From Anthoceros angustus (taxonomy: Eukaryota > Plantae > Anthocerotophyta): a stretch of DNA of 64,000 nucleotides. Below the pieces are notes generated by a model. It worked only from the letters and a program-made list of their open reading frames with translations, did not search any database and was not told the DNA's origin. The stretch spans positions 868,001-932,000 of the forward strand of contig VJWM01000106.1 in assembly GCA_010909165.1 (NCBI GenBank), written 5' to 3'. A program made the position numbers and the translations under genes. This document shows positions 1-10,860 of the stretch, in pieces (the first letter of the stretch is position 1; every line of letters begins with the position of its first letter).

Positions 1-4
1 GCGC

Positions 5-2173
5 ATGTATGCAGCTGGAGGTAGGCTAGAGGAGGCCATGGATGTGCTTACCAGGGTCGGCAAACCGAATGCCTTCATGTGGTTTTCCATTATCTCTGTC
101 CATGCTAAGCATGGGAAATTTAATGCGGCCATACAATTGTACCATGAGATGCGTAGGTCAGAAGTGAAGGCGGATGCTCACGTCTTTGTAGCTGCCCTTC
201 AAGCTTGTGCATCTGCCGCAGACTTGGAATCTGGTAGAAAAGTGCACTCTGATGTGTTGGACAGTGGCATTCCTCCCAACTTGTTTGTTGGAAACTGCCT
301 GGTGGACATGTATGCAAAATGTGGCGAACTGGAAGATGCACGCCGGGCCTTTGACAGCTTGGCCAGAAAGGATGTGGTGACATGGACAGCCCTGATTGCT
401 GGGTATGCACAGCAAGGGGCTCAGCAAGAGGGCCTGCTTGTGGCTAACGATGTGACTTTCGCTTGCCTTCTGAAGGCCTGTGCGAGCACTGGTGCCATAC
501 GGAAGGGCAGGCAGCTGCACTCACAGATTGTCGAAAGGGGACAGCTGGATAACATAGTGTTGGGCAACTGCCTGGTAGACATGTATGCAAAATGTGGTGA
601 ACTGGAAGATGCACGCCAGGTTTTCAACAGCTTGGCCACAAAGGATGTGGTGACGTGGACGGCGCTGATTGCTGGGTATGCACAGCAAGGGCTGGGGCAT
701 GAGGCTCTTGTTTTGTATGAGCAAATGGAGCAGGAGGGCCTGATTGTGGCTAACCATGTTACTTTTGCTTGCCTTCTGAAGGCCTGTGCAAGCGCTGGTG
801 CCTTACAGAAGGGCAGGCAGCTGCACTCACAGATTGTCGAAAGAGGACTGCTGGATAACATAGTGTTGGGCAACTGCCTGGTGGACATGTATGCAAAATG
901 TGGTGAACTGGAAGATGCACGCCAGGTTTTTGACAGCTTGGCCACAAAGGATGTGGTGACATGGACGGTGCTGATTGCTGGGTATGCACAGCAAGGGCTG
1001 GGGCATGAGGCTCTTGTTTTGTATGAGCAAATGGAGCAGGAGGGCCTGATTGTGGCTAACCATGTTACTTTTGCGTGCCTTCTGAAGGCCTGTGCAAGCG
1101 CTGGTGCCTTACAGATAGGCAGGCATCTGCACTCACAGATTGTAGAAAGAGGACAGCTGGATGACATACTGGTGGGTAACGGCCTGGTGGACATGTATGC
1201 AAAATGTGGCGAAATGGAAGATGCACTGCAGGTTTTTGACAGCTTAGCCACGAAGGATGTGGTGACATGGACGGCTCTGATATCTGGGTTTGGTACTTGT
1301 GATGAAAGTCGCTACGCACTAGCTTGTTTTGAGGAGATGCTACTAGCTGGTATTCAGCCTAATGATACTACTTTTACTTGCCTTTTAGCAGCATGCAGTC
1401 ATGAGGGACTGGTGAACGAGGGTCGCAGGCACTTCAATTCCATGGTTGAAGAGTATGGCATGAAACCTACTAGTGACCATCACACTTGCATGATTGAGCT
1501 TCTTGGGCGTGCAGGCCATTTGGATGAGGCAGAGAACATGCTCTTATCGTGTGAGGGCCAAAGTAATATTGTGGGCTTGACCTCTTTGCTGAATGCCTGC
1601 AAAAGTCACGGGGATATAGAGAGGGCGACGCGGTGTTTCGAAAGCCTGGTTAGACTAGACCCGCAGCGGGCGTCCGCTTATGTTCTGATGGCCAATGCGT
1701 ATGCAGATGCAGGTAGGTGGGCCGATGTAGAGAGGATTGAAACCCAGAGAAGGGCAGCAGGAGCTAACAAGAAACCTGCAGTGGCGGGCATTGAGGTGAA
1801 CAAGCAGGTACATACATTTGTAGTTGGAGAAAATAGAGATGATATCGGGGTCAAGGTAGAGAGCTTGAATGCACGTCTGAAGCAGGAAGGGGGACACGTC
1901 CCCCACACAAAGTTGGTGTTAAAGCCATTGCCCGAGAAGGATAAGGAAGATGCACTTTGTGGGCACGCTGAGAAGCTAGCTCTGGCGTTTGGTCTGTTGA
2001 ACACTCCGAGTGGCACACCTCTGCTGGTAACGAAGAATCTGCGGATGTGCAGTGACTGCCATAGTTCCACTGAGGTCATGTCAAGGGTTGAAAAGAGAGA
2101 CATTGTGGTGAGGGATGGGTACCGTGTGCATCGATTCGAAGGTGGTTGTTGCAGTTGCAAAGGTCGACCGTAA
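5..2173 (+). CDS. PLS-class PPR protein with E1/E2 and DYW:KP (GRP-type) deaminase domain; 5' end lies outside the window
   Basis: Intronless P-L-S triplets (DVVTWTALIAGY / TFACLLKAC / LVDMYAKCG), then P2-L2-S2, E1, E2. Domain starts KKPAVAGIEV, has Zn motif HAEKLA...CSDCH and ends CSCKGRP. The ORF begins mid-S motif, so it is partial. Confidence 0.97.
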   Translation: MYAAGGRLEEAMDVLTRVGKPNAFMWFSIISVHAKHGKFNAAIQLYHEMRRSEVKADAHVFVAALQACASAADLESGRKVHSDVLDSGIPPNLFVGNCLVDMYAKCGELEDARRAFDSLARKDVVTWTALIAGYAQQGAQQEGLLVANDVTFACLLKACASTGAIRKGRQLHSQIVERGQLDNIVLGNCLVDMYAKCGELEDARQVFNSLATKDVVTWTALIAGYAQQGLGHEALVLYEQMEQEGLIVANHVTFACLLKACASAGALQKGRQLHSQIVERGLLDNIVLGNCLVDMYAKCGELEDARQVFDSLATKDVVTWTVLIAGYAQQGLGHEALVLYEQMEQEGLIVANHVTFACLLKACASAGALQIGRHLHSQIVERGQLDDILVGNGLVDMYAKCGEMEDALQVFDSLATKDVVTWTALISGFGTCDESRYALACFEEMLLAGIQPNDTTFTCLLAACSHEGLVNEGRRHFNSMVEEYGMKPTSDHHTCMIELLGRAGHLDEAENMLLSCEGQSNIVGLTSLLNACKSHGDIERATRCFESLVRLDPQRASAYVLMANAYADAGRWADVERIETQRRAAGANKKPAVAGIEVNKQVHTFVVGENRDDIGVKVESLNARLKQEGGHVPHTKLVLKPLPEKDKEDALCGHAEKLALAFGLLNTPSGTPLLVTKNLRMCSDCHSSTEVMSRVEKRDIVVRDGYRVHRFEGGCCSCKGRP

Positions 2174-2374
2174 GCATTCGAGAATCAACTAGCTGATGCT
2201 CAGTCAGCAAGTCAAATGCGGCAGACGGGAGGGTGACGGGAATGTCTTACCCAATCTGCGCCTTTGCGAACTGCCATGGCAAATGTGGAGGAGGCAATGA
2301 ACTAGTGAAGGTCCCCTATGAATTAGTTCCGAGGTCAAGAATGAGAAGAGGGGGAATGCTGGTGGACTCCTTCT

Positions 2375-2528
2375 CGGCTTTCAAAGCACAGCTTGTCGGC
2401 TTCCAAAGCACAGCTTGTCGGCTTCCAAAGCACAGCTTGTCGGCTTCCAAAGCACAGCTTCCCGGCTTCCAAAGCACAGCTTGTCGGCTTCCAAAGCACA
2501 GCTTGTCGGCTTCCAAAGCACAGCTTCC
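2375..2528. repeat. 22-bp minisatellite, 7 copies
   Basis: Unit CGGCTTCCAAAGCACAGCTTGT; copies 4 and 7 end in CC instead of GT. Confidence 0.97.
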
Positions 2529-3333
2529 TCAACGAGCAATTGAGTAGCTCAGACCCCCATGCAGCCAGCTTGGGTGCAGCAAGAAGGTTCGGACAAAGTC
2601 TGAGATTGTCAAGTTTGGGTAGTGGGCCCGTGCCGGCACAACCTCCACCGTAAAACCTCCACTGTAGCCACAGTTGCTCTGCGAGCGTGGCTATCGAACT
2701 TGTCGCCTCTCCATTGCCACAGTTACGCTCAACACCACAGTTTGCTTAAGAGCTATGAGCTGCCAAATCCACCTGCCAGACAGAACGAGATGATACTACT
2801 CCATGACAAAGCAGGTCCGTTAACAACTAGGTCTCTTTCCTGACCCTCTGCTGGTTCCTTCCGATGCCCAGGTGGACGAAGCTGATTGCAGCGAGCAACA
2901 TCGGAAATATCCCCCGGGCTGTTCATCTAGAACGTTGTACACTCTGACGTCTGCTACCCGCAATATCTGGATTCGAACTTCACAGTCCTCTCATCTGTCC
3001 AGATACCGTCTCCCACTGTGTCGTTTCCCGAGCAGGATCCTGATGTAAGGACGTTCCAAGGATGGGTCACATCCTCAACCACAAGGAATCACAGCGCGGG
3101 CCTCGCCTATCACCGGCCCTCCACATGATGGCCCGCAGGACAGATATACAAGAAAACCCCCAGTTCCTGCACACCAGCCTGCTTGCACGTGTTGCCCTGC
3201 CGATTCCATCGCTTTACATCCCTTTGACTCCTGTGCGACCTGACCTAAGACAGACTGGAAAGTAGCCTCCTCATACAAATGTGCCTGTCTCAACGAACCA
3301 GGAACTGTCTTCAGGTGCGGAGAGGAGAGACCG

Positions 3334-5730
3334 ATGATCGAGGCCATGGCGAAGCACAGCAAGACGGAAGCGGCCTATCTCAGCCTCCTCTTCCTGCTCC
3401 TCGCCATCTCCTCCCCGACCCTCTCCTCGACCCAGAACCTGTCCTCAACGCAGAACAGCACCAGCTTCAGGGTCACCAACTTCAAATCCTCCTCCATCCT
3501 GGTGACAGGGGACTCGGCAGTGCAACCCGACGGCTCCCTGCTAATGACGGTGAACTCGAGCGGAGTCTCAGGCCCGTCTCTCAAATCCCGCGCAGTCTAC
3601 TCCACCCCGGTCCAGTTCCTGGACGCGGCCTCCGGCACTGCGGCCTCCTTCAACACCTCCTTCACCTTCGCCATCGTCTCCGCCAACGGGACCGAGAAGG
3701 GCGACGGCATGACCTTCATCATCACCGCCGAGCCCGGGGTCCCCAAATCCATCTACAGCGCGGGAGGCAACCTGGCTCTCTACGACGTCCTCCAGTACAA
3801 CGTCTCCAACTCCAGCATCCATGTCGTGGCCGTGGAATTGGACACCTTCTCCAGCCCCCCCGACCCCGTGGGCGACCACATCGGGGTGGACGTCAACTCC
3901 TACATTTCTGCCAAGGCGGAGGTCCTCCCTCCAGGCCTCGCTCCCCTCAATTCCTCCTCCTCCAGGCAACGCCTCACGGCATGGATCGACTACGACGCGG
4001 TGGCCGGGCAGATGGACGTCTTCCTCGCCCACGCCCCCGCCCAAAAGGAGGCCGCCAGTCACGTACTCTCGTACGGCCCACTCGCCATCTCCCAGTACGT
4101 GCTCCCCAACTCCTACGTCGGCTTCACCGCCGCCACCGGGTCCTTCTTCGAGCTCCACGCCGTCTTCGACTGGAATTTCTCCAGCAGCCTGGTGCCCAAT
4201 CCGCTGTTGTCTTCCCCGCCTCTATTTCCCCCGGCTCCGGCTCCGGCTCCAGCCCCGGGACCGGAGCCGGTGGGCGGTGGGAAGTCCGGGAAATCCTCAC
4301 ACACGGGGCTGATTGCTGGTGTGGTTGTGGGATGTGTGGGAGCTCTGCTTTTGGTGCTGCTAGCGCTTGTGGTGCTGTTCCGGAGGAGGAGGTTGCGGGA
4401 GCCGGAGGAGCGGGAGAGGACGAAGTTCATGCCGGGAGGGGACGAGGGGCAGGATCTGTCGAGCTCGTGGAAGGAGCTGTATGCTGCGGATGTGAATTTC
4501 GGGCCGAGGAGGTTCACGCACGCCGAGGTGAGCTCCGCCACCAACCAGTTCGAGCAGAGTGCTTTGCTGGGGCAGGGCGGGTTCGGGAGCGTGTACAAGG
4601 GGGTGATTGCTGGTGCGGTGGCGGGGACGACGGTGGATGTGGCCGTGAAGAGGGTGTCGAGGACGTCGAGGCAGGGAGAACGGGAATTCCGAGCGGAGGT
4701 GCTGAGCATCGGGAGGCTGCGGCACAGGAATCTGGTGCCGCTTGTTGGATGGTGCCATGACCAGGGGGAGCTGCTGTTGTTGTACGAGCTCATGCCGAAC
4801 GGGAGCCTGGACAGATGGCTCTACCGCCCTCACCACCAGATTGATGTGGAATCGGATGCTTCTGCGAAGCCGCAGCTGCTGCCGTGGGGAGACAGGTACA
4901 ACATTCTCTGCGGGGTTGCATCCGCCATCGTCTACCTGCACGTGGAGTGGGAGAAATGCATCGTCCACCGAGACATCAAGGCGAGCAATGTGATGCTGGA
5001 CGCGCAGAGGAATGCTAGGTTAGGGGACTTCGGGCTGGCCAGACTCACCGACCACCGGTACGGAGACGGCGACCAGTCCGCGACCTCCACCGCGGTCGCG
5101 GGGACCCGGGGTTATCTCGCGCCGGAGTACGCGGTGTCGGGGAAGTCGACTCCCGAGTCGGACGTGTTCAGCTTCGGGGTTTTGGCGTTGTCTGTGGCGA
5201 CCGGTCGCCGGCCGTATGAGCCAATCGGGGAGGACGAGCAGTATCTGGTGGATTGGGTGTGGAGTTGGCAGGAGAATCAGAGGCTGGTGGAGGTGGTGGA
5301 TGGGAGGCTGGAGGGAGATTTCAATGAGGAGCAGTTGCTGCGGGTTTTGAAGGTTGGGTTGTTGTGCACCCATCCGGATCCTAAGGTTCGGCTTCCCAGC
5401 CAGGTGTTGTTGCAGATGCTGAAGGGGGACAATGAGCTGCCGCCATTGGCGACCTCCAGGCCGGTGGCAATTTATGTGAGCGAGTTCACGGTGCCGTCTG
5501 TGGATTCGCAGTTCTCGAGTTTGGAGAGGAACGTGGTGGAGAAGAAGGGGGGATCCGGAGATGTGCAGTATCCGGAGCCGGTGGAGACGAGCCACTCGGA
5601 GTCGTATCCCAGTGATTCCAGTCTCGTGAATCCCAGTGAGGTGGTGAGTCAGCCGGATGGCGAGAAGCAGCAGGGTGGTGATGCCGGGCCCGGGCATGGC
5701 AGGATGGGTTCTTTTGTGCAACCTAGATAG
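3334..5730 (+). CDS. L-type (legume) lectin receptor-like Ser/Thr kinase, intronless
   Basis: Signal peptide, legume lectin domain (GDGMTFII, VAVELDT, DHIGVDVNS), Pro/Ala stalk and TM helix. Kinase motifs LGQGGFGSVYKG, VAVK, HRDIKASN, DFG, GTRGYLAPEY. Confidence 0.97.
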   Translation: MIEAMAKHSKTEAAYLSLLFLLLAISSPTLSSTQNLSSTQNSTSFRVTNFKSSSILVTGDSAVQPDGSLLMTVNSSGVSGPSLKSRAVYSTPVQFLDAASGTAASFNTSFTFAIVSANGTEKGDGMTFIITAEPGVPKSIYSAGGNLALYDVLQYNVSNSSIHVVAVELDTFSSPPDPVGDHIGVDVNSYISAKAEVLPPGLAPLNSSSSRQRLTAWIDYDAVAGQMDVFLAHAPAQKEAASHVLSYGPLAISQYVLPNSYVGFTAATGSFFELHAVFDWNFSSSLVPNPLLSSPPLFPPAPAPAPAPGPEPVGGGKSGKSSHTGLIAGVVVGCVGALLLVLLALVVLFRRRRLREPEERERTKFMPGGDEGQDLSSSWKELYAADVNFGPRRFTHAEVSSATNQFEQSALLGQGGFGSVYKGVIAGAVAGTTVDVAVKRVSRTSRQGEREFRAEVLSIGRLRHRNLVPLVGWCHDQGELLLLYELMPNGSLDRWLYRPHHQIDVESDASAKPQLLPWGDRYNILCGVASAIVYLHVEWEKCIVHRDIKASNVMLDAQRNARLGDFGLARLTDHRYGDGDQSATSTAVAGTRGYLAPEYAVSGKSTPESDVFSFGVLALSVATGRRPYEPIGEDEQYLVDWVWSWQENQRLVEVVDGRLEGDFNEEQLLRVLKVGLLCTHPDPKVRLPSQVLLQMLKGDNELPPLATSRPVAIYVSEFTVPSVDSQFSSLERNVVEKKGGSGDVQYPEPVETSHSESYPSDSSLVNPSEVVSQPDGEKQQGGDAGPGHGRMGSFVQPR

Positions 5731-7173
5731 CGGGTTCAGTTTGCTGCTTTCGTCGAGATTCCGTGCTTCTCTCTTCTTCTGCCTGCATTTCTTTCGTCAT
5801 GGAGTGTATTATAGTGATTCTTGCAAGTGGCTGGCTGCCTGTCGGCACTTTTTGTTTGCCTCGAAGACAGCACCGTATGTTTGCAGCTTGCAAGTCTGCT
5901 TGTACCAAATTGCTGCTGCTCGTTAGTTTGTTAGTTCTGGCAAAGAGCCAGCTAGCAGTGCTGAGGGTTGAGCACTGGGGCTCTGCTCAACCCTCAGCTT
6001 GTAACATTCCTTTTGCGAGAACGCCCACTTTCTATTTCTCCCTGTGGTGGGTGCATCTTGTGTATCCACTTCGATCTGCACATCTGGGCTATGTCTGGCA
6101 TGGTGGTACCCCACTGCCTAACATGCAGGACATGAACGCACTCTGCAACGAGTGAGGGCTCGCCTTCGTGTATCCCTCTGGATTGACTTTCTGGTGATGC
6201 TTATGTAGTTACCCTCACTCATACTGGACTTAGTTGCTGCAAGGCGCGTATATGTGTTGGACAACACATGAAGGCAGCCTCTGTTGCTGCTGGAGTGCTG
6301 GTTCCTCCCTGCTTTGGTTTCATACTAAGGTTCCTCCATTTCTTCACGGGCACCCACATACATCTGGACTTTCGTGATAGGTTTTCCGGGCTTTCTACTT
6401 GCTCAGCTAAGCAGACGGCGCATAACAGTGCCCCAGACCACATGGGCTGCCCGAAGGATTACGTCACCTCAGATAGGCCCTATGTCGAGTTTGGAAGGCA
6501 TTTCATTCTGCTGATGGGACAGGGCTCGGATTCTCAACGGCATACCATCCACACACGAACTGACAGGCCGAGAAGGCTAACCAGACCACTGGATTGATGC
6601 TGCGCACATATTCCTTCAGGCCAGAGGAATCATGGATCAATTATGTGCACCCTGTAGGGTTAGGCGCAACATTGCCAAGAACACCTCCATCCGGACTAGC
6701 CTTGTCTACCTGTTGTACGCGCAGCATACCAGCTCTTCTTGCAGCCCTACTGCCAAGCTCCAACGTTGAGGAATCCCAGGATCTCCAAGCATGCTACAGT
6801 CCTCATGGGAGCCAAGATAAACATGCAGGTAGCTCAGAGTGAGCAAAAACAACAACCAGTAGTCCAGCCGAAACGCGAAGTGGAGATGGCTGCAGGCATG
6901 CAGGTCCTGCTTCCTGCTACACATCTTGCATTGCGAACCGGAACTCGTAAACTTGCTGACCCATTGTCAAGACACACGCAATCTCGCCCACGACCCACGA
7001 CGGACAGGTTGCAGTACCGGAGGGCAGGAAAAGAGTTTTTCAGATGAGTCTGTTCCGAAACCCCACGGCGTGCCCGGGGCGCCCTACATTTCTCATTTTT
7101 CAGGCTCTTCCCGTCAGTGCTCAGCGTCTCAAGCATGGTCGACCGCATCCAAAATCTCATCTTCCAGAACTAA

Positions 7174-7230
7174 AGGTTCCACCGAGATTTGAACTCGGGC
7201 TATTGGATTCATAATCCAGTGTTCGACCAA
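7174..7230 (-). pseudogene. 5'-truncated tRNA-Gln pseudogene
   Basis: Minus strand reads ...CTGGATTATGAATCCAATAGCCCGAGTTCAAATCTCGGTGGAACCT. The T-arm and acceptor 3' strand match the eukaryotic tRNA-Gln type. The 5' acceptor strand is absent and the anticodon loop is TTATGAA. Confidence 0.8.
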
Positions 7231-7289
7231 CAAAGATAATACCTTTATTTATGACAATAACTCTATTTATATCCTTGGCAACGTGTTCA

Positions 7290-7846
7290 GAGTCTGGACA
7301 TTTGGGTTTTGGGAGGAGGCCTCTATCGCCGAACTGTGAGTGAGAATTTGAGGTTGCGGCAGGACTGGCGTAGTTTCTACGTGCGAGGTTTAAGTAGTAG
7401 AACTCTCCTTATTTGCACGTCACAGCAGATGAGTTCAACACTTTTTTGGGGCAGTTGACAGCAGATGAGTTTAACACTCTTGTTGGGCAGTTGACAGCAG
7501 ATGAGTTTAACACTCTTTTGGGACATTTGAGGGTGTAGTTCCACTAATATGGCTGCACAAGTTTCTCAGACCCTCCATGCTAACCAAGTTCCCTAATGCA
7601 GCACTCCCGCACATGCAAAAGATGAGAGGATGATGTTGACTTACGAGAATATTCTACATCACAAGAATACCGCATGTTTGAACATTATCAGGTCTCAAGG
7701 ACAGGGATTTTCGTTTGCATCGGATCAAAATCTGTTTGCTATCCTGCACTTGAAACTGAGAGAGGGGAAACTCCCACCTGCAGGATACGATGTTTGGCTT
7801 TGAGGGTGATCTTCGGCAATCCATCCAATTGGATATGAAGGGAAGG
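7290..7846 (+). pseudogene. Decayed gene of unknown family, copy A of an inverted pair
   Basis: Aligns to the reverse complement of 9165-9685; shared peptides CLNII(R/K)SQG, HLKLREGKLP, MFGFEGDL. Has stops and frameshifts, and a 36-bp unit x3 at 7422-7522. Confidence 0.6.
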
Positions 7847-9029
7847 TGCTCAGAGTCTACAAGTGCGCATTCCGGCCAAGTAGATAGACAAACATACCCA
7901 ATCTGGTGGACACCAACTTGTAAGTCGAGCCCAATGCGGTGGACACCAACTGAAAGTCGAGCCTTGCTGAAGAGAGTTTTGAATATTTGCTTCAGAATAT
8001 CCACAGGGTCGGCCGACAACGTCTATCTTGTCTCTGTAGTCCGAAAGAGCAGTCAATGCAATGCTCGAAAGGGACTGTACACCTCGCTTGCTGAAAGTTC
8101 CTATAGGAACCTGCACAGGAGTCACACACGAAAGCAGCAGCAAGCTGGAGCTGATAGGAGCGCACTGTAAGCATGCTACAATCAGTCAAACAATCAGAAC
8201 GATAGTCAACGATGAACCAGAGCAATTACGAATTACCACCGACCCCTGGCAGTAAGGGCTCCAACTGGGAACCCTATAAGGGCGGGGAATTGTGGTCGGT
8301 CTTAGTGGGGAACAGACGGTATCGAGGAGCACTCATCCTGCGGCACCGGCGCAAATAGAGTCACCGGCAATCATCACCGAATAGATGCCTCCGGATGCAT
8401 TGCCACTCGCATCAACCCATACCTCACATAAGTTCACCATGACAAAGCAACAGAGACAAAATGCAGCCCCCTGCTGGCTGAGCCACCACTGCCAGCCTCC
8501 GCTGCTGGCAACAGCCAACACATCCAGCCAGCCCTTGCATTTTTTTCAATATGAGCTGTTCACGAGTCCAGCAGTTCATGCCATAAGATCTGGTCTGCTG
8601 TTGTGAAGCACCACATACTGCCACAGCCCACATTCACAGAACTCGCCCCACATCCCAAGAAACAGCTAGACAAGCCATGCCCAGCCAATGGCTTGCACGT
8701 AAATGAAGAACAAGGTGCCCAAAGCGCACCCAACTACTTCTAGCTTCGTTTGAAAGAAAACACTCCATCTGATCAGCACACTCGCCAACCCATCCGCCTG
8801 TAGCCCCACAGCTCAGCAGCTCGTAAGAACGACCAGCGAATCCGCGCGATAGCCCACATCTCCTCCCACCTGCAATCTGCAACCCATTCCACACTGCTGC
8901 ACCACATGCTACACCAATTCAATGCATCCCACAGTACTGTAACGCAGCCTATTCCCCAGCTCCAGCTAGCCCTTCCAGCTGATTCACACCTCACAAAGTC
9001 TACTTAGGCTGAAGGATGGATCACATGAA

Positions 9030-9840
9030 TTATCCCTTGTGCCACACACTAAAAAAAAGAAACTGCTGTCTAACCTTCTTTACACTTGATAAGGTGTATC
9101 TAAGTTTGATTTCACCTAGCCGGATGCCCGAGGTCCATATATGGTTGTGCATTTGTCTTATAACCCTCCCCTTTACATCCAAATGGATGGAATGATGAAG
9201 ATCACCTTCAAAGCCAAACATCGCCACCATGAACAGATTCCTGTCTTGCAGGGTGGGGAGTTTCCCCTCTCTCAGCTTCAAGTGCATATCCTGCAGCAGA
9301 CAGATGTGATCTGATACAAAGGAAAAGTCCTGTCCTTGAGACTTGATAATGTTCAGACATGTGGTACTCTTGTAAGTCAACAGCATCCTCTCCATCTTCT
9401 TAAGAGTGCTGCACCCATACATATTCTGTGAAACTCGTTCAACCATCTCAAAGAACAAAGTAAACAGTTCCTAAATGTGGTTGGATTGAACCATGTTACC
9501 CTCAAATATCCCAAAAGCGTGTTACACTCATTTGCTGTGACGTGCAAATAGCTACACATGTCCTCGGAGTTCTAATGGTAAAACCTTGCACAGAGAAACT
9601 ACGCCAATCCAGCCGCAACCTCACATTCCCACTCACAGTTCGGCGACAGAGGTCTTCTTCCAACACCCTAATGTCCCCCATGCTCTTTGATTGAGCCTGC
9701 AAACTTGACATTCGGGCATTCAGATTTCCATCCAATAACTTCATGTGTTCATGCACAAGCTGGAACAGCTGATCAATCCTCCTATCTCTCTCAAAGAGCC
9801 TGCCTCCTAGGTTGAACGTGTTGTAGCAACAACACATTTA
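9030..9840 (-). pseudogene. Decayed gene of unknown family, copy B of an inverted pair
   Basis: ORF pieces 9502-9837 and 9030-9458 are homologous to 7290-7846, with frameshifts between pieces. Confidence 0.6.
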
Positions 9841-10599
9841 ACCCCTTGTTGAGCTTTTCTATCATCTCCTCCATCTTCAACAGCATCTGCTCACAACTTC
9901 AGCAAGGTACCATCAGATGTGTATGCCTAGAGCCATTTGCTGCTGAGTGCAAATTAACAACCAAAAGGAGCCGTTGGAAACCTCAGACGCCATCACCACG
10001 CCCGTTTGTATGCAGTCCCTCCGCACTGAAATACAACACCGTGGTGAATATACCTGAAAGGTCAGCTTGCGGTATCGAGAGCGCTTGCAGTTAGTTCAAA
10101 CAATAGAGGTAGGCAAACAGCAAGGCCTGGAAAGAAGTCTTTGAAAAAGACGGATAAACTACATGCTGACAGTACAGCATGCCGTTCGATGCGCAATCAC
10201 AATAACCAGGAACTTCACAGCCAGAAGGAGTCGGTTGAAACCTCACATGCCATCACCAAGCGACACTCATGGCTATACAAAGCCCCATGCCCCGCTCCAC
10301 AGCCCTGACCAGTAGACTATGGGCTTACGACTGTTAACTGAAACGCGCCCGTCTTCGCTTGCGTAAGATCATTGTACGCAAGACCTTCTTTCAATACTCA
10401 GTATAAAGAAAAATTCTTATTTTATCAAGTAATTTACTAGAAGCAAAACAGATCTAAGGCACGTATATGGACTCAAAACAAAGGTAATAGGTATATTTAA
10501 ACTTTTTTAAGATATCTAAAGGTATTAATACTTTAACGAACCTAGATCTATTCATAACTATGTATTGGAATATGAAACAAACCTGATTGATCAGCAGAA

Positions 10600-10860
10600 C
10601 CTTTGTATTTTGAGACATGGTTTGAAGTAAGGGAGGGTAAGTGTGTAATGAGATGACTGAGAAGTGTAAGTGATAATCAATGATATTCGGCATACATTTT
10701 TAGTAACCGCAATGCATGTTTGATGGCAAAATGCTGATAGATGTGGAATATGCAAGTAATGTAACCTTATATGAATATTTTGAAAACCACAAGTGATAAT
10801 CGCTAATTGCTTGCACATTTTGTAAAGCTTGTTGAAGCCTAGCACCTAACATGATGTATG
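10600..10860 (+). mobile_element. Possible highly decayed LINE reverse-transcriptase fragment
   Basis: LIDVEYASNVTLY...TFCKAC resembles the (E)FADD-x-x-LY ... FC-x-ASG segment of plant L1 RTs; many stops. Confidence 0.3.

Noticed and set aside
2375-2528. CRISPR-like array
   Set aside because: Units are directly adjacent with no unique spacers, and the context is eukaryotic.
3279-4760. 493-aa alternative-frame ORF
   Set aside because: It is a frame shadow of the GC-rich LecRK and is low-complexity Arg/Pro/Gly.
7850-8521. GDSICAG motif with in-frame TGA (SGNH hydrolase or selenocysteine read-through)
   Set aside because: No other SGNH blocks, no convincing splice model and no SECIS evidence.
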